A stretch of 60,409 nucleotides of DNA, from the NCBI GenBank assembly GCA_018304025.1, contig JAGVXA010000002.1:1-60409 (forward strand). The letters are read 5' to 3'. Position numbers and translations under genes: made by a program. The stretch comes from Candidatus Pacearchaeota archaeon. GTDB lineage: Archaea; Nanobdellota; Nanobdellia; Pacearchaeales; GW2011-AR1. The notes under the pieces are model-generated. The model was not told the origin of the DNA, did not search any database, and saw only the letters and a program-made list of their open reading frames with translations. Below, in pieces: positions 47,520 to 57,841 of this stretch (the first letter of the stretch is position 1; every line of letters begins with the position of its first letter).

Positions 47520-47835
47520 TTGCGGAGAGAGTTAGTTTTAGGAGATAGAAAATTTGGTAAGAGGAGAGAGTTAGTGTGATAATATCGAGAAATTAGGAGA
47601 GAGATAATTATCCGAGTAGGATTTTGGGAAAGAGATAGTTAGTGCGATAGAATCGAGAAATTAGCCTTCGGCTAATTTCCGAGAATTTTGTGATAACAAG
47701 AGAGATTTTTATAGGAGAATAATTAGTGTGATAATATCGAGAAATTAGCCTTCGGCTAATTTCCGAGAATTTTGAATATTTAATTGAATTGATTAAATTA
47801 TACCATATCATTATACATAGAAATTTCCGAGAATT
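47520..47835. repeat. Second repeat family: purine-rich degenerate ~84-bp units with a gaaattagcc-ttc-ggctaatttc hairpin
   Basis: Hairpin at 47657-47679 and 47741-47763; ttagtgtgataatatcgagaaattag recurs; a second cluster lies at 56010-56290. Confidence 0.75.
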
Positions 47836-47899
47836 CAGATTTTCCTTTAACAAAGTTTAAAAACGAATTTTTTCTAGATAGATTCTTCTTGGTGAAATT

Positions 47900-48166
47900 A
47901 TGGCGGAGGAATATAGTCTTGATAAATGCTGGAAAATTGACGGGCATCGCTTAGTGGAACGACTGATTTCTGTGGACATGAAAAAAGCAAGATTTCCAGA
48001 GATTTGTGAAACTGGGCTCGCGTATTCTCATGTTCTTGGATGCGAGGATTGTTTTGACAGGTTTGCAGACGCTTATGAAGAATACGGATGTGGAAACACT
48101 TCTTTTAGCTATAGAGATTTTCATGCGAATTTAACCTTGCTAGAAGTTCTTCTCAAGAAATTTTAG
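47900..48166 (+). CDS. Small protein with HxxxCxxC (zf-HC2-like) motif
   Basis: SHVLGCEDC; GGTGA RBS-like motif upstream. Confidence 0.6.
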   Translation: MAEEYSLDKCWKIDGHRLVERLISVDMKKARFPEICETGLAYSHVLGCEDCFDRFADAYEEYGCGNTSFSYRDFHANLTLLEVLLKKF

Positions 48167-48614
48167 TTTTTAACTTTCTTTCTTTCGGGACGTAATTGAA
48201 TATTTTTTCTGTGTTTGATTTGCCTATTCCTACGAAGTCTTCTTGGTGTTTTAGGATTATGATTCCGCGCGGCGCCCTAATTTCTAGATCATATCCTCTC
48301 AGCCAAAGCTGCAACTGCTGGTTATTTATTTCAATAATATTTTTTGTTATTTTCTCTTTGAATAATTGGATTGCGTCGAATGAGATTCTCGCTTCTTCGT
48401 CTTTTTTGTTTATCAAATAAGCGCCGATTATTTCGACGTTTGTTAATCTTGTCAGCTGGACGATTTCTTCCTTGCTTAGGTGTCCTGAGAATCCTCTTAT
48501 TTTTTGTTTTCCGGTTTCTAGAAGAAGGTAAGGAAGTTCTGTGATTCCGTAGATTTTTTCTAGTTCTTCTATTAGATTTCGTTTTTCTTTGGATTTTAGG
48601 AAATGGAGTTTCAT
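48153..48614 (-). CDS. NIP7/RsmF C-terminal PUA-like partner of the m5C methyltransferase
   Basis: QLWLRGYDL..VGIGK..IFNYVPKERK; translationally coupled to the methyltransferase. Confidence 0.75.
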   Translation of the reverse strand: MKLHFLKSKEKRNLIEELEKIYGITELPYLLLETGKQKIRGFSGHLSKEEIVQLTRLTNVEIIGAYLINKKDEEARISFDAIQLFKEKITKNIIEINNQQLQLWLRGYDLEIRAPRGIIILKHQEDFVGIGKSNTEKIFNYVPKERKLKTKIS

Positions 48615-49573
48615 TTCACTTCCTCCAATAAAGTCATTTTTGCGACGAAGAAACCTTCGGAATTGTTGTCTTGGGGATAGATTCTGCAGGAATGTTTAAC
48701 ATCATTGTGATAACTTTTATTGTTCCAAGATGTTATCCCCTGTCTTGTTTTAAGAGGAAGGGAGATTTTTTCGATTTTAACTGGGAAATTTTTTAATGCA
48801 AAATCAACGACTTCTTCGTTTTCTTCGGGGGCGTGGGTGCAGGTGCTGTAGACTAATGTTCCGCCTTTTTTTAGGCATTTTAATGCGAAAGCCACGAAAG
48901 TTTTTTGCTGTCTTGAGAATTTTTTTATTAGTTTTGGATTCCACATCAAAAAAGTTTTTGGAGATGAGCGGAGAGTTCCTTCGCCAGAACAGGGGGCGTC
49001 GACGAGAATTTTGTCGAATTTTGGAAATGTTGATTTTGACAGAGATGCGCAGAGCCCGATTGCGTCTTTTCTTGTTATTATTGCATTTGTAACACCGCAT
49101 TTTTCCAGATTTGTTGAAAGAATTTTTATTCTTCCGATGTTCAAGTCGTTGGCTATAATTGTTCCCTGATTTTGCATGTACATTGCTATTTGCGATGTTT
49201 TGCTTCCGGGAGAGGCGCACAAGTCTAGGATTAACTCATTTGGTTTTGGATCGAGAGCTAGCGGCGGGAGCATTGAAGAAATTTCCTGAATGTAATAATA
49301 GCCGAGAGTGTGCTCTAAGGAGTTGCCTAATTCTCCAGGTTCGAGGTTTTGATTTACGAGCATTATTTCCGGATAATTTGAGAATGGCTGGACGACATTC
49401 CATTTCTTTTTTAATTTCGAAAGGAGTTTTTCTATGGGAATTTTTATGGTGTTGCATCTTATGAAACTTTCCGGGCCGATGTGAATTATTTTATTGTATT
49501 TTTCAAAGTCTTCTTTATCCGGCAGAAGGGTTTCCATTCGCTGTTTGAAGAGGGGTTTCATTTCGTATCTCAT
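48611..49573 (-). CDS. RsmB/NOP2/Sun family RNA m5C methyltransferase
   Basis: YYIQEISS, LDLCASPGSKT, LVDAPCSGEG, LVYSTCT..PEENE, EGFFVA. Confidence 0.95.
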   Translation of the reverse strand: MRYEMKPLFKQRMETLLPDKEDFEKYNKIIHIGPESFIRCNTIKIPIEKLLSKLKKKWNVVQPFSNYPEIMLVNQNLEPGELGNSLEHTLGYYYIQEISSMLPPLALDPKPNELILDLCASPGSKTSQIAMYMQNQGTIIANDLNIGRIKILSTNLEKCGVTNAIITRKDAIGLCASLSKSTFPKFDKILVDAPCSGEGTLRSSPKTFLMWNPKLIKKFSRQQKTFVAFALKCLKKGGTLVYSTCTHAPEENEEVVDFALKNFPVKIEKISLPLKTRQGITSWNNKSYHNDVKHSCRIYPQDNNSEGFFVAKMTLLEEVK

Positions 49574-49722
49574 GGGATTATTTGGGAAGAAGAGGTTAAA
49601 AGAGTTGCGGAGTAATGAAAAATAAAGAGTATTCAAAATTTTTTTAAAGACATATTAAATCACGACTAATTGATAACGATAATCCTTAAATAACTACGTC
49701 TTAATTTTTGGAAGATAATAAA

Positions 49723-50679
49723 ATGGAAACAAAGATAGTACTATTGTTCTTGCTTACAGCAGTTTTATTTTTAGTAATTGTTGATGCTGACAATTCAATA
49801 ACGACCCAGGAAGCGGTAATTAAATTTGATTCTAACACTAATGATTTAGTAGTTTTCGGGATAAATGAAAATATCCAAGTTAGTTATACTGAAGAATGCG
49901 CGGGGAGAACTAAAGAATGTTTGAGAAAAACAAGAACATATACTTTAACTGAAGATGTAAATACTTTAGTTTTAAAATTAGACTATCGGAAGTCTGCAAA
50001 TAAAATTTCTGTGAAAATCTTAGGATTGAAATATAATGATAAACCTGAAATTAAACCTCAAGATAATCAATTCGCCATAAAGATTTTCGAAAAGTCTGGA
50101 AACTTAAATCAAAATCTTTATGTAAAAAAACAGTTTAATGTAGATGCTAGTTATAACAAAAAGAAAGATGAGACGAAAATTTTGATTACGGAAAATAGAA
50201 AGAGAAATAAGTATGCAGAAGAAGGATTGGTTTTTGTTAAGATGATGACAGATAATGGGATCTTGAAATATGGAATTGATGAAAAACTTTCTAACAAAAT
50301 TAATGAAAAACCAGACAATAAAATTGATGAAATTCCGTCTACAGAATCTGAAATTTCTTATCTTCTTTCTGTAAAAAAATCTGATTCTGAAACTCAAGAA
50401 AAGTCTGAGATAACAGTTAATGAAAACAAAGTTACTATTGATTATATTTTTGAAAAGCCTACTCCCTGTACGTCTCTAAATTACACTATTCTCAAAAATG
50501 GCAATACAATAAAGATAATTCCTAAAGTTATTTATGGAAAGGGCATTTGTATAGAGGTAATTGCCTACGATGAGGCAATAATAGAATTTACATTAGATGA
50601 GGGAACATATACAATTAATATTTATTCTGTATGGGACAAAAGCAATCCTCTTTTGTCTAAAGAGATTATAATAAAATAG
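49723..50679 (+). CDS. Secreted/membrane hypothetical protein
   Basis: Signal peptide; C-terminal PTPC...CIEVI Ig-like domain; very AT-rich. Confidence 0.7.
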   Translation: METKIVLLFLLTAVLFLVIVDADNSITTQEAVIKFDSNTNDLVVFGINENIQVSYTEECAGRTKECLRKTRTYTLTEDVNTLVLKLDYRKSANKISVKILGLKYNDKPEIKPQDNQFAIKIFEKSGNLNQNLYVKKQFNVDASYNKKKDETKILITENRKRNKYAEEGLVFVKMMTDNGILKYGIDEKLSNKINEKPDNKIDEIPSTESEISYLLSVKKSDSETQEKSEITVNENKVTIDYIFEKPTPCTSLNYTILKNGNTIKIIPKVIYGKGICIEVIAYDEAIIEFTLDEGTYTINIYSVWDKSNPLLSKEIIIK

Positions 50680-50683
50680 TTGA

Positions 50684-51682
50684 TTAGAATTCCATTTCAA
50701 TTCTTAGCTCCATGAGGCAGAAAATGAATTTGCTGATTTGCATCAAATGGCGGCTGATGCTTTGCCCGTCTTTATTCGAGGATTCTTTCCATTTGAAGTG
50801 GTCGTTGTATATCCTGAAATCGTTTTCTCCGAATTCTATTGCTGTTTTTCTGTCGAATTTGTAAAACAAACGGTAATACATTTCAAAATGTTCTTTTACA
50901 CGTTCTGCGAATGGAAGGATTTCATTTACATTTTTCTTTGATTTTGCCAGATGCGCTCCGATGTATTTGAATTCGTCTCCAAGGAGTTCAAGAAGAAAAA
51001 GAGTTGCGAACATTGAGGGCTTATTTTTCTGGAATGTTGAATCGTTTATTCTGTTGTTTATCCTGCAGCAATAGTCGATAAATCTATCAACGTTTATATC
51101 CATTTGGTGAATTGTTTTGCAAATCTTTATGTCTCCGACTTCGTTGTTTTTTATTAATCCATTTATTTTTTCAAATAGCTCAAGAAGTAGGAGAAAAATT
51201 CTTCTTAGTGAATTATCGAATTCTTTGCTGGAAACTTCACCCATTTCCCTTACGATGCAATAGTTTTCTTTGCTGTCGATAATTTCTATTCCAATAAATC
51301 TGTTCACGAGCTCCTGGAACATTTCGAGCGCTGCTCTTTTCGGGGGTTTTTCTCCCATTCTTCTGTATTCAAACTGAGAAGTGTAATATGCATAAACTCC
51401 CTCGTAATCTTTTTGGTTTTTATCGTATACTAATTTTATTTCATCATATCCTTCCCTGTATGCTGACTGAAAAAAACGCCAAATCATCGGCACGCTGAAT
51501 CCTGTGATGTCAATTACTGCTGATTTGTGCTCTCCATTTTGTTTTCCGTTTATTATCAAAGAGCCCTGATTTTCAACAACGTCTACTTCGTCGCCCTGCT
51601 TAAGATTTAGTTTCTGAACCCATTCGCTTGGGAGAGTCATTGTAAGGGTTTTATGCCCCTGCTTGATTATTCTTCGTTTCAT
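50684..51682 (-). CDS. AbrB-PhoU phosphate uptake regulator
   Basis: RRIIKQG..LTMTLPSEWV..LKQGDEV; AYREGYDEI; D..VDRF..C.R; LE.LGDE. Confidence 0.85.
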   Translation of the reverse strand: MKRRIIKQGHKTLTMTLPSEWVQKLNLKQGDEVDVVENQGSLIINGKQNGEHKSAVIDITGFSVPMIWRFFQSAYREGYDEIKLVYDKNQKDYEGVYAYYTSQFEYRRMGEKPPKRAALEMFQELVNRFIGIEIIDSKENYCIVREMGEVSSKEFDNSLRRIFLLLLELFEKINGLIKNNEVGDIKICKTIHQMDINVDRFIDYCCRINNRINDSTFQKNKPSMFATLFLLELLGDEFKYIGAHLAKSKKNVNEILPFAERVKEHFEMYYRLFYKFDRKTAIEFGENDFRIYNDHFKWKESSNKDGQSISRHLMQISKFIFCLMELRIEMEF

Positions 51683-51894
51683 ATATTCTTTATTGGAATT
51701 ATATATTTAAATCCTTTTAGTATATCTAGAATATATTCTATACTGATAAATATATTCCTAAGTGAAGTATATAGGTTCATGCCAGAAATTGAAAGAATGA
51801 GAAGGTATATTTTAATTTATGACGGCGAGAAATATATTGACAAGATGTAAATTCTTTCTGCTTTTTTTCCATATAACTAAATTTTGGAGACAAA

Positions 51895-52092
51895 ATGGAA
51901 ACAAGAAAAACCAATCGATTGAGAAAGTCTTTAGTTGGCTTGCTTCTTGCTGGAACAATTGGCGCTGCTTACTGCAATCCCGGATGTTCTATTCTTCCTT
52001 ACTCTGCTCCCTCTGCAAGTTCTGCTGAAGGAAGAGAAATGGATTTGGAAAGAAGCTATTCTGACAGCAAAACTCTGGAGTCAAAAGCATAA
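51895..52092 (+). CDS. 65-aa peptide upstream of radical SAM gene
   Basis: Basic N-terminus, hydrophobic core, YCNPGC; stop overlaps the rSAM ATG (TAATG). Confidence 0.55.
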   Translation: METRKTNRLRKSLVGLLLAGTIGAAYCNPGCSILPYSAPSASSAEGREMDLERSYSDSKTLESKA

Positions 52093-53279
52093 TGATTCAA
52101 GTTTTGCCGGGCGGAGATGTTTCGAATGAAACGAAATTTGTTGATTTTTTAACGAGAGGTTCTCCGCCTGAAGATTATGAGGCGCAGCTTTTGAGAGAGC
52201 ATTCTTCCAGAGTGAAGGCGATTTTTGAAGGAAAGATTGTTCCTCCCTACGAATTGGAAATTCAGCCGACGGCAAAATGCAATTTAAAATGCAGACATTG
52301 TTTTGGGAGAGATTATTGCAAGTTGGGAGATAAAATTGGATTGGAGGAGATGAAAGTTATTGCTGAAAGAGTTGATGAATTCAGGGAGAATGGATTTTCG
52401 ATTGACGTTGTCAAGTTTTGCGGCGCGACAGGAGAGCCTTTGTTAAATCCAGTGACTGCGGTTTCTGTGCCGATGTTTAAGGAAATGGGGAAGAAAGTTA
52501 TTGTTTTTTCAAATGGTGTGAATTTGGATAGAAGAGATGATGTGGGGAGGAGTTATTATGAAGATGTTGCTTTAGCTGACAAGTTTAATTTAAGTCTTGA
52601 CGCTGGCTCGAGAAAAACTTTTTTTAAACTGAAGGGAAGAGATGAGTTTAAGAGAATTATTTCTAACTTGGAAAAACTTGTCGGCGCGCGAGGAAAAAAC
52701 GGAGACGCGGTGAATGTTGTTGTAAGTTATGTTATTGGGCGGGAAAATTATGGAGAAACAGCTGGAACTGCAAAACTGGTTAAGGAAATCGGCGCTGATG
52801 AAATAAGATACAGAGTTGATTTTACCGACGCTGATGGAATTGCGGCGATTGCTCCTGAAATAATTGAACAACTTGGGAAGGCTGATGGATTGAAGGATGA
52901 AAAATTTAGAGTTGTTTCTGTTTATTCTGATGGGGAAATTAGCGAGGGGAAAGGAGTTTTTGAATCAGACGGGAGAAAATGTTTTAATCATCATTTTTGG
53001 GCGAGCATAGGACCTGACTGCGAGCTTTACGCCTGCGGGCACAGGACTCACGGAGGAGTAAAATCTTACGGAAATGTTTTGGAAAAACCCTTGAAAGAGT
53101 TGTGGGCGTCTGAAGAAAGAATTAATTCAGTTAAATGCCTGCCGGACAAGCACTGCGAACATTGCTCTCCTTCTTCCACGAGGAGAAATGAGTTCATGAC
53201 ATTTCTTGAGGGTTTAGGCAGGGAAAATACATACGAGCTTCTGGAAAAATATGGGCGGCGAGATTATTGCAAGAGATAG
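52092..53279 (+). CDS. Radical SAM protein with SPASM/twitch domain
   Basis: CNLKCRHC, GEP, C..ASIGPDCELYAC..YGNV..LW..C..CEHC. Confidence 0.92.
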   Translation: MIQVLPGGDVSNETKFVDFLTRGSPPEDYEAQLLREHSSRVKAIFEGKIVPPYELEIQPTAKCNLKCRHCFGRDYCKLGDKIGLEEMKVIAERVDEFRENGFSIDVVKFCGATGEPLLNPVTAVSVPMFKEMGKKVIVFSNGVNLDRRDDVGRSYYEDVALADKFNLSLDAGSRKTFFKLKGRDEFKRIISNLEKLVGARGKNGDAVNVVVSYVIGRENYGETAGTAKLVKEIGADEIRYRVDFTDADGIAAIAPEIIEQLGKADGLKDEKFRVVSVYSDGEISEGKGVFESDGRKCFNHHFWASIGPDCELYACGHRTHGGVKSYGNVLEKPLKELWASEERINSVKCLPDKHCEHCSPSSTRRNEFMTFLEGLGRENTYELLEKYGRRDYCKR

Positions 53280-53353
53280 ATTCAATATTGAAATCAGTGA
53301 GATATATATTCCCAATTGGCAAATAATATAATTGATTAATTCTTTTTTAGATA

Positions 53354-53623
53354 ATGCCTGAGTTAGAATCAATTGAAGAAACTGAACGAAATTGCCCGCG
53401 TTGTTTAGGCGGAAAATTGCTTGCGGTTGTTGAAAGCTGGCAGGACGATGATTCTAGAATTGAGATAACTGAATCTGACTGGTGCAGGGAATGCGGGTAT
53501 GATTTTGTCAAGAGGGATGACGGCAATCGCGGGGATGTGCCATATGAAAGAGTTGTTCTTGAAAGAAGCTACAGAAATTTGCCTGAGGTGTTGAGAGCAA
53601 AGAATTGCATTGTGCTGGTTTAG
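53354..53623 (+). CDS. Small Zn-ribbon protein
   Basis: CPRC...CRECGY. Confidence 0.7.
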   Translation: MPELESIEETERNCPRCLGGKLLAVVESWQDDDSRIEITESDWCRECGYDFVKRDDGNRGDVPYERVVLERSYRNLPEVLRAKNCIVLV

Positions 53624-55944
53624 AATAATTTCGTCTGCTTGGAAGTTTGTATTATCTCGTCGAAATCTTTGTCGAATAACAAGAGAATTTGATTTGCAAT
53701 CGGCTTGATTTGTTTTTCTATGTAATGCTCGTAGTCAATTTTGTTTTTTTGGAGCTGAATTGGCTGGGGGCCCTTTACAGTAACTACATATTCAATTATG
53801 CTGGATTCTAAATTCGGAAGAAGTCTTGCGGCTTTGACGTGCGGCGGAGTTGTTTTTGTATACTGCTCCAGCGATTTTCTTATTGACTTCCTGTAAACTA
53901 ATTTGTCGTCGAGCTTTCCTTCTTTTATTCTTGTTACGTAGGATTTAATATATGGTTCAATCGGCTGGTCGTGGAAAATTTTGTTCAGCAATTCTTTTTG
54001 AAATTCCTGCGCTGCGTCTGTCCAGTCTCCCCTGATTGCTTCCAAGCCGACTATTTCCAATTCTTCTTTTCCGTTTACCTCTTTCAAGCCAGCGTATCTT
54101 TTTTTTGCAGCTGCTGTTTCTTTTCCGCGCAGTTTTGGAATCATTAATGCTAGGTATTGCTTTTCAAATTCTAGTTCCAGATAAGAATGACGAGCATAAT
54201 TTTTCTTGACGTAATTTTGGTAGAATTGATTTATGTATTCCTGAATTTCTTTTCCGAGGAAATTTGCTTTTGTTTTTTCCAGAGAGGTGTTGACAAATAC
54301 AGAGTCTGTGTCGGAGTAAATTACTTTTGTCTTGAATTTTTTTTCAATTTCTTCGGCGGTCAGCTTGATGATTTGCTGGCCGAAATGTGTTATCGCGTTT
54401 GCAATGTCCAAGTTGAAATAACGACAATTTGGACTCGCCAGAACACCGAAGAAAGAGTTCATTATTATTTTAATCGCGTAGCTTGATAGCTCTCTTTTTT
54501 CTTTTTTGGCTTTTTCTCGGGCTTGATGCAATGTGTGAATTATTTCCGGGAGGATTCCTTCGCGGTTTTTGAAGCAGGCATTGTTTGGAGCTTTGACTGA
54601 ATCTTTTTCGCAGTGCTCTTGAAATGACGCTGGATCGATGTTGAATGTTTTTATTATCGACGGATACAGAGATTTGAAATCTAATATTAATACATTTTTG
54701 TAAATGCCGGGCTTTAGAGAAGAGACATATCCTCCCTTTATTCTCTCTTCTTTTTTTTGGTAGACTAATGTCGGCGAGGCGAATCCTTTTTTGTGGGCTT
54801 CGCGAATGTACAAAGAGTCAAATGCCGAGATTGAGCCGCTGATTCTGTCTAAAGGCAGGCCTGTTAATTGCGAGCGTTCTATCGCCAAGTCGATTATTTT
54901 ATTTTTTTCCAGAATTTCGTAGGGGAGTTCGCAGTCTAATAAATTATAATCTGCCAGCTTTTGCTGATTTGTTTTGTAGAGATTTTCTATTTCTTTGTGT
55001 CTCCCGGGGCCTTTGAGAATTTTTCCTCTTTTCAGAATTGCCTGGGCGACGTCTTCGAGAGTGTAAGTTTCAAACTTTATGTTTTTCATCTGCGGAGAAT
55101 TTGCCACGAAGGGATCTCTTATGAGATTTAGCGCGTCGAGAACTTGTCTTCCCGGAACGCTTACGGATGAAGAACGGAAGAAGCTGGATTCTAATCTTAA
55201 TCTTGGCTCTTGGTTTGTTCTGCCGATGTCGAACGATAGATTGTTTTTTTCGAAGAGAGATTTTAGATATGCGAAGTCAAAATCGATTACGTTCCAGCCG
55301 GTGATTATGTCGGGGTCTAATTTTATTATTTGGGCTTTGAATTTTTCTAGGGCTTCTGCTTCGGTTTTGCAGGGGATGACGTCTTTTAGATTTTGATTTG
55401 TAGTTACCATAAATGTTTTGTTGAAGTTATCTGAATGAATTCCAATGCAAAATAAAGTATTGAGAGTTTTGTCTGATTCTATGTCTATCGACGCTATTTT
55501 TAGATTTGGCTTGTAATCTGCCGGCGTTAATTTTGGGTTGCTGTAAACTCTGTCGATTTTTTCTGCTGTTTCGTATTCTCCCTCAATATCGACTGTTCCG
55601 AGGATATTTTTTTCTATCAGGAATTGCTGGTGCGGTTTTAGGTCTGCTTCAAAAGTTGGGAGAGTTTTTCTTATTGCCTTGTAGAGCTTGTTTAATTCTG
55701 TTGAATTTTCTGCGGAGATTTTTAGCAGGGGTTCGTCTTGGAATGTTTTTAATTTTGTTTCTTCGACGGTGTAATTTTTCAGGTATTTATTTATGATTTT
55801 TTTATCTTTGGTTTTTATGAAAAAATATGGGGAGAATTTATTTAAGGATACGAATGACTGGTTGTTTTCGAGCCGTCCGAATAGTTGGATGTAGGTTTGG
55901 TTTTCGATTGTTGTGTGGGTTGGATAAACGATGTATGCTTTCAT
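53620..55944 (-). CDS. polB: Family B DNA polymerase (Pol II-like)
   Basis: Exonuclease DIE, GWNVIDFD; polymerase DFKSLYPSII, KIIMNSFFG, YSDTDS, KKRY; C-terminal QTKLF. Confidence 0.95.
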   Translation of the reverse strand: MKAYIVYPTHTTIENQTYIQLFGRLENNQSFVSLNKFSPYFFIKTKDKKIINKYLKNYTVEETKLKTFQDEPLLKISAENSTELNKLYKAIRKTLPTFEADLKPHQQFLIEKNILGTVDIEGEYETAEKIDRVYSNPKLTPADYKPNLKIASIDIESDKTLNTLFCIGIHSDNFNKTFMVTTNQNLKDVIPCKTEAEALEKFKAQIIKLDPDIITGWNVIDFDFAYLKSLFEKNNLSFDIGRTNQEPRLRLESSFFRSSSVSVPGRQVLDALNLIRDPFVANSPQMKNIKFETYTLEDVAQAILKRGKILKGPGRHKEIENLYKTNQQKLADYNLLDCELPYEILEKNKIIDLAIERSQLTGLPLDRISGSISAFDSLYIREAHKKGFASPTLVYQKKEERIKGGYVSSLKPGIYKNVLILDFKSLYPSIIKTFNIDPASFQEHCEKDSVKAPNNACFKNREGILPEIIHTLHQAREKAKKEKRELSSYAIKIIMNSFFGVLASPNCRYFNLDIANAITHFGQQIIKLTAEEIEKKFKTKVIYSDTDSVFVNTSLEKTKANFLGKEIQEYINQFYQNYVKKNYARHSYLELEFEKQYLALMIPKLRGKETAAAKKRYAGLKEVNGKEELEIVGLEAIRGDWTDAAQEFQKELLNKIFHDQPIEPYIKSYVTRIKEGKLDDKLVYRKSIRKSLEQYTKTTPPHVKAARLLPNLESSIIEYVVTVKGPQPIQLQKNKIDYEHYIEKQIKPIANQILLLFDKDFDEIIQTSKQTKLF

Positions 55945-56009
55945 GATTATTTGAGGAGTTGGAGGATTATAAGTTTGGCGGTTTGTTAATTGATTTAATT
56001 TTTAGACGG

Positions 56010-56290
56010 GCAAGATAATTAGTGTGATAGAATTTTTAGGTGGGAGATAATTAATGTGATAATATCGAGAAATTAGCCTTCGGCTAATTTCCGAATATTT
56101 ATTGATAACGAGAGAGATTTGGGGGAATAATTATCTGGATAGAATTGAGAAATTAGCCTTTTTCGGCGCGCATTTGGACGCACAATTGCGTTCGGCTGTG
56201 CGTCTTATCATTAACCAAATTCACTTCGTGAATTTGGAGAGCGCGCCGAGCAATTTCCGAGAATTTTGTGATAATGAGAGAGATTTTGAG
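56010..56290. repeat. Second cluster of the purine-rich hairpin repeat family
   Basis: gaaattagccttcggctaatttc at 56069-56091; the next unit (56149) is interrupted in its loop by a REP-like element. Confidence 0.75.
56163..56249. repeat. REP-like element inserted in a family-2 hairpin loop
   Basis: tcggcgcgc/gcgcgccga TIR; hairpin 1 identical to 2831-2858; ccaaattcac-ttc-gtgaatttgg. Confidence 0.85.
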
Positions 56291-56351
56291 TGTTATCTTC
56301 GGAAGTAGTGATAATGGGAAAGTTTAAATATCTGAGATTTGGGAGAGATTT

Positions 56352-56771
56352 ATGGCTACTAAAAGAAAGTCACTCAAGAAAGCGAAAAAACAATTGTATT
56401 TTGTTAGGCTTCCTAATGATAACTTGGGTGTTGCTGGTTATAACGGGGCGGGAAGAGAAGGCGTGACAGAAGCTTCAAATGAGATTGACGCTGTTGGGCA
56501 TGTTGTTGCAAGATTCACTAGGGGCGGGCGAGTAGGGCTTGTTTCGTATGCTTTGGATAAAGCTAGCAAAAATGGCAGAGCTGAATACGCCTGCATGATT
56601 CCTGAAGTTGATGATAGAGATTCTGAGGGAATTAGATTTCATCCTGCGGATTTGAGGATGTTGAGGGAAATGGCATTTGCAGAGTCGCTTGCTACGCTTG
56701 CTGGAAATGGAGAGCATCCGATTAATTATGTTAAGGAAGCAAGAAGGATTTTTAGTGACTTTGGGATTTGA
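56352..56771 (+). CDS. Hypothetical protein
   Basis: 139-aa ORF with gaaagTTTAAATA ~22 nt upstream. Confidence 0.7.
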   Translation: MATKRKSLKKAKKQLYFVRLPNDNLGVAGYNGAGREGVTEASNEIDAVGHVVARFTRGGRVGLVSYALDKASKNGRAEYACMIPEVDDRDSEGIRFHPADLRMLREMAFAESLATLAGNGEHPINYVKEARRIFSDFGI

Positions 56772-56805
56772 TTAGATTTATTAATTTGATATTCTTAGAA
56801 AATTC

Positions 56806-57816
56806 ATGGGATTGCAGATAGGAGAGATTGTTCCGAGGAAGGCGATTTCGTTTTCGGAGTTGAAGGGGAAGATTGTAGCTGTGGACGCATACAACGCGAT
56901 TTATCAGTTTCTTAGTTCAGTGAGACAGCCGGACGGGATGCCTTTAATGGACGACAAGAAAAGAGTGACGTCGCATTTAAGCGGATTATTTTACAGGAAT
57001 ATTTCTTTGATGGCGGAGGGAATAAAATTAGTCTATGTTTTTGACGGCGAGTATCATGAGTTGAAGGGGAGGACGCATTCTATTCGGGGAGAGGCGAAAG
57101 AACTCGCGCGGGAAAAATACGAGAAGGCGCGCGATGAAGAAGATATCGAGGGGATGGGGAAATATGCGCGGGGAAATATTCGGCTGACAAAAGAAATGGC
57201 TGAAGAGTCAAAGGAATTATTAGAGGCGATGGGAATTGGAATTGTGCAGGCGCCGGGCGAGGGAGAAATGCAGTGCGCTCAGTTGGTTAAAGACGGCGCT
57301 GCTTTTGCAGTCGGCTCGCAGGATTACGATGCTCTTGTTGTCGGCGGGACTCGATTGATTCAAAATTTAACTTTAGCGCGAAAGAGGAAATTAGCGACGG
57401 GTTATGTTTATATTTCTCCGGAAATTCTTGAATATTCGCGCGTACTTGGCGATTTGGGGATTGACCCTGACCAGTTTATCAGCTTGGCTATTTTAGTAGG
57501 GACTGATTTTAATCCTGGTGGGGTTCATGGAATTGGGCCGAAAAAAGCATTGGCTTTAGTCAAGCAAAAGAAATATCCTGTTGAGATTTTTAGAGAAGTT
57601 GAACATTTATTGGAATTTAATTGGCAGGAAGTTTTTGAAATTTTTAAGAAGCCGAATGTTCATGCTGGTTTGAAGGTTAGTTTTCCTAAACGAGATAGTT
57701 TGAGGATTAAGAAGATTCTTGTTGACGAGCATGATTTTAACTTGGAGAGAGTTGAGAGGCAATTGGAGAAACTTGAAGAGGGGAAAAGAAAATCTTCCCA
57801 GCAAACTTTATTCTAA
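56806..57816 (+). CDS. fen: Flap endonuclease 1
   Basis: VDAYNAIYQFL..RQPDG, TSHLSGLFYR, VFDG, APGEGE, SQDYD, GTDFN; PIP-like QQTLF. Confidence 0.97.
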   Translation: MGLQIGEIVPRKAISFSELKGKIVAVDAYNAIYQFLSSVRQPDGMPLMDDKKRVTSHLSGLFYRNISLMAEGIKLVYVFDGEYHELKGRTHSIRGEAKELAREKYEKARDEEDIEGMGKYARGNIRLTKEMAEESKELLEAMGIGIVQAPGEGEMQCAQLVKDGAAFAVGSQDYDALVVGGTRLIQNLTLARKRKLATGYVYISPEILEYSRVLGDLGIDPDQFISLAILVGTDFNPGGVHGIGPKKALALVKQKKYPVEIFREVEHLLEFNWQEVFEIFKKPNVHAGLKVSFPKRDSLRIKKILVDEHDFNLERVERQLEKLEEGKRKSSQQTLF

Positions 57817-57841
57817 TCTAGACATATAAAATAAGGCTTGT

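Noticed and set aside
47560-47835. CRISPR-like palindromic repeats
   Set aside because: Only 2-3 units, and the intervening sequences are homologous to each other rather than unique spacers
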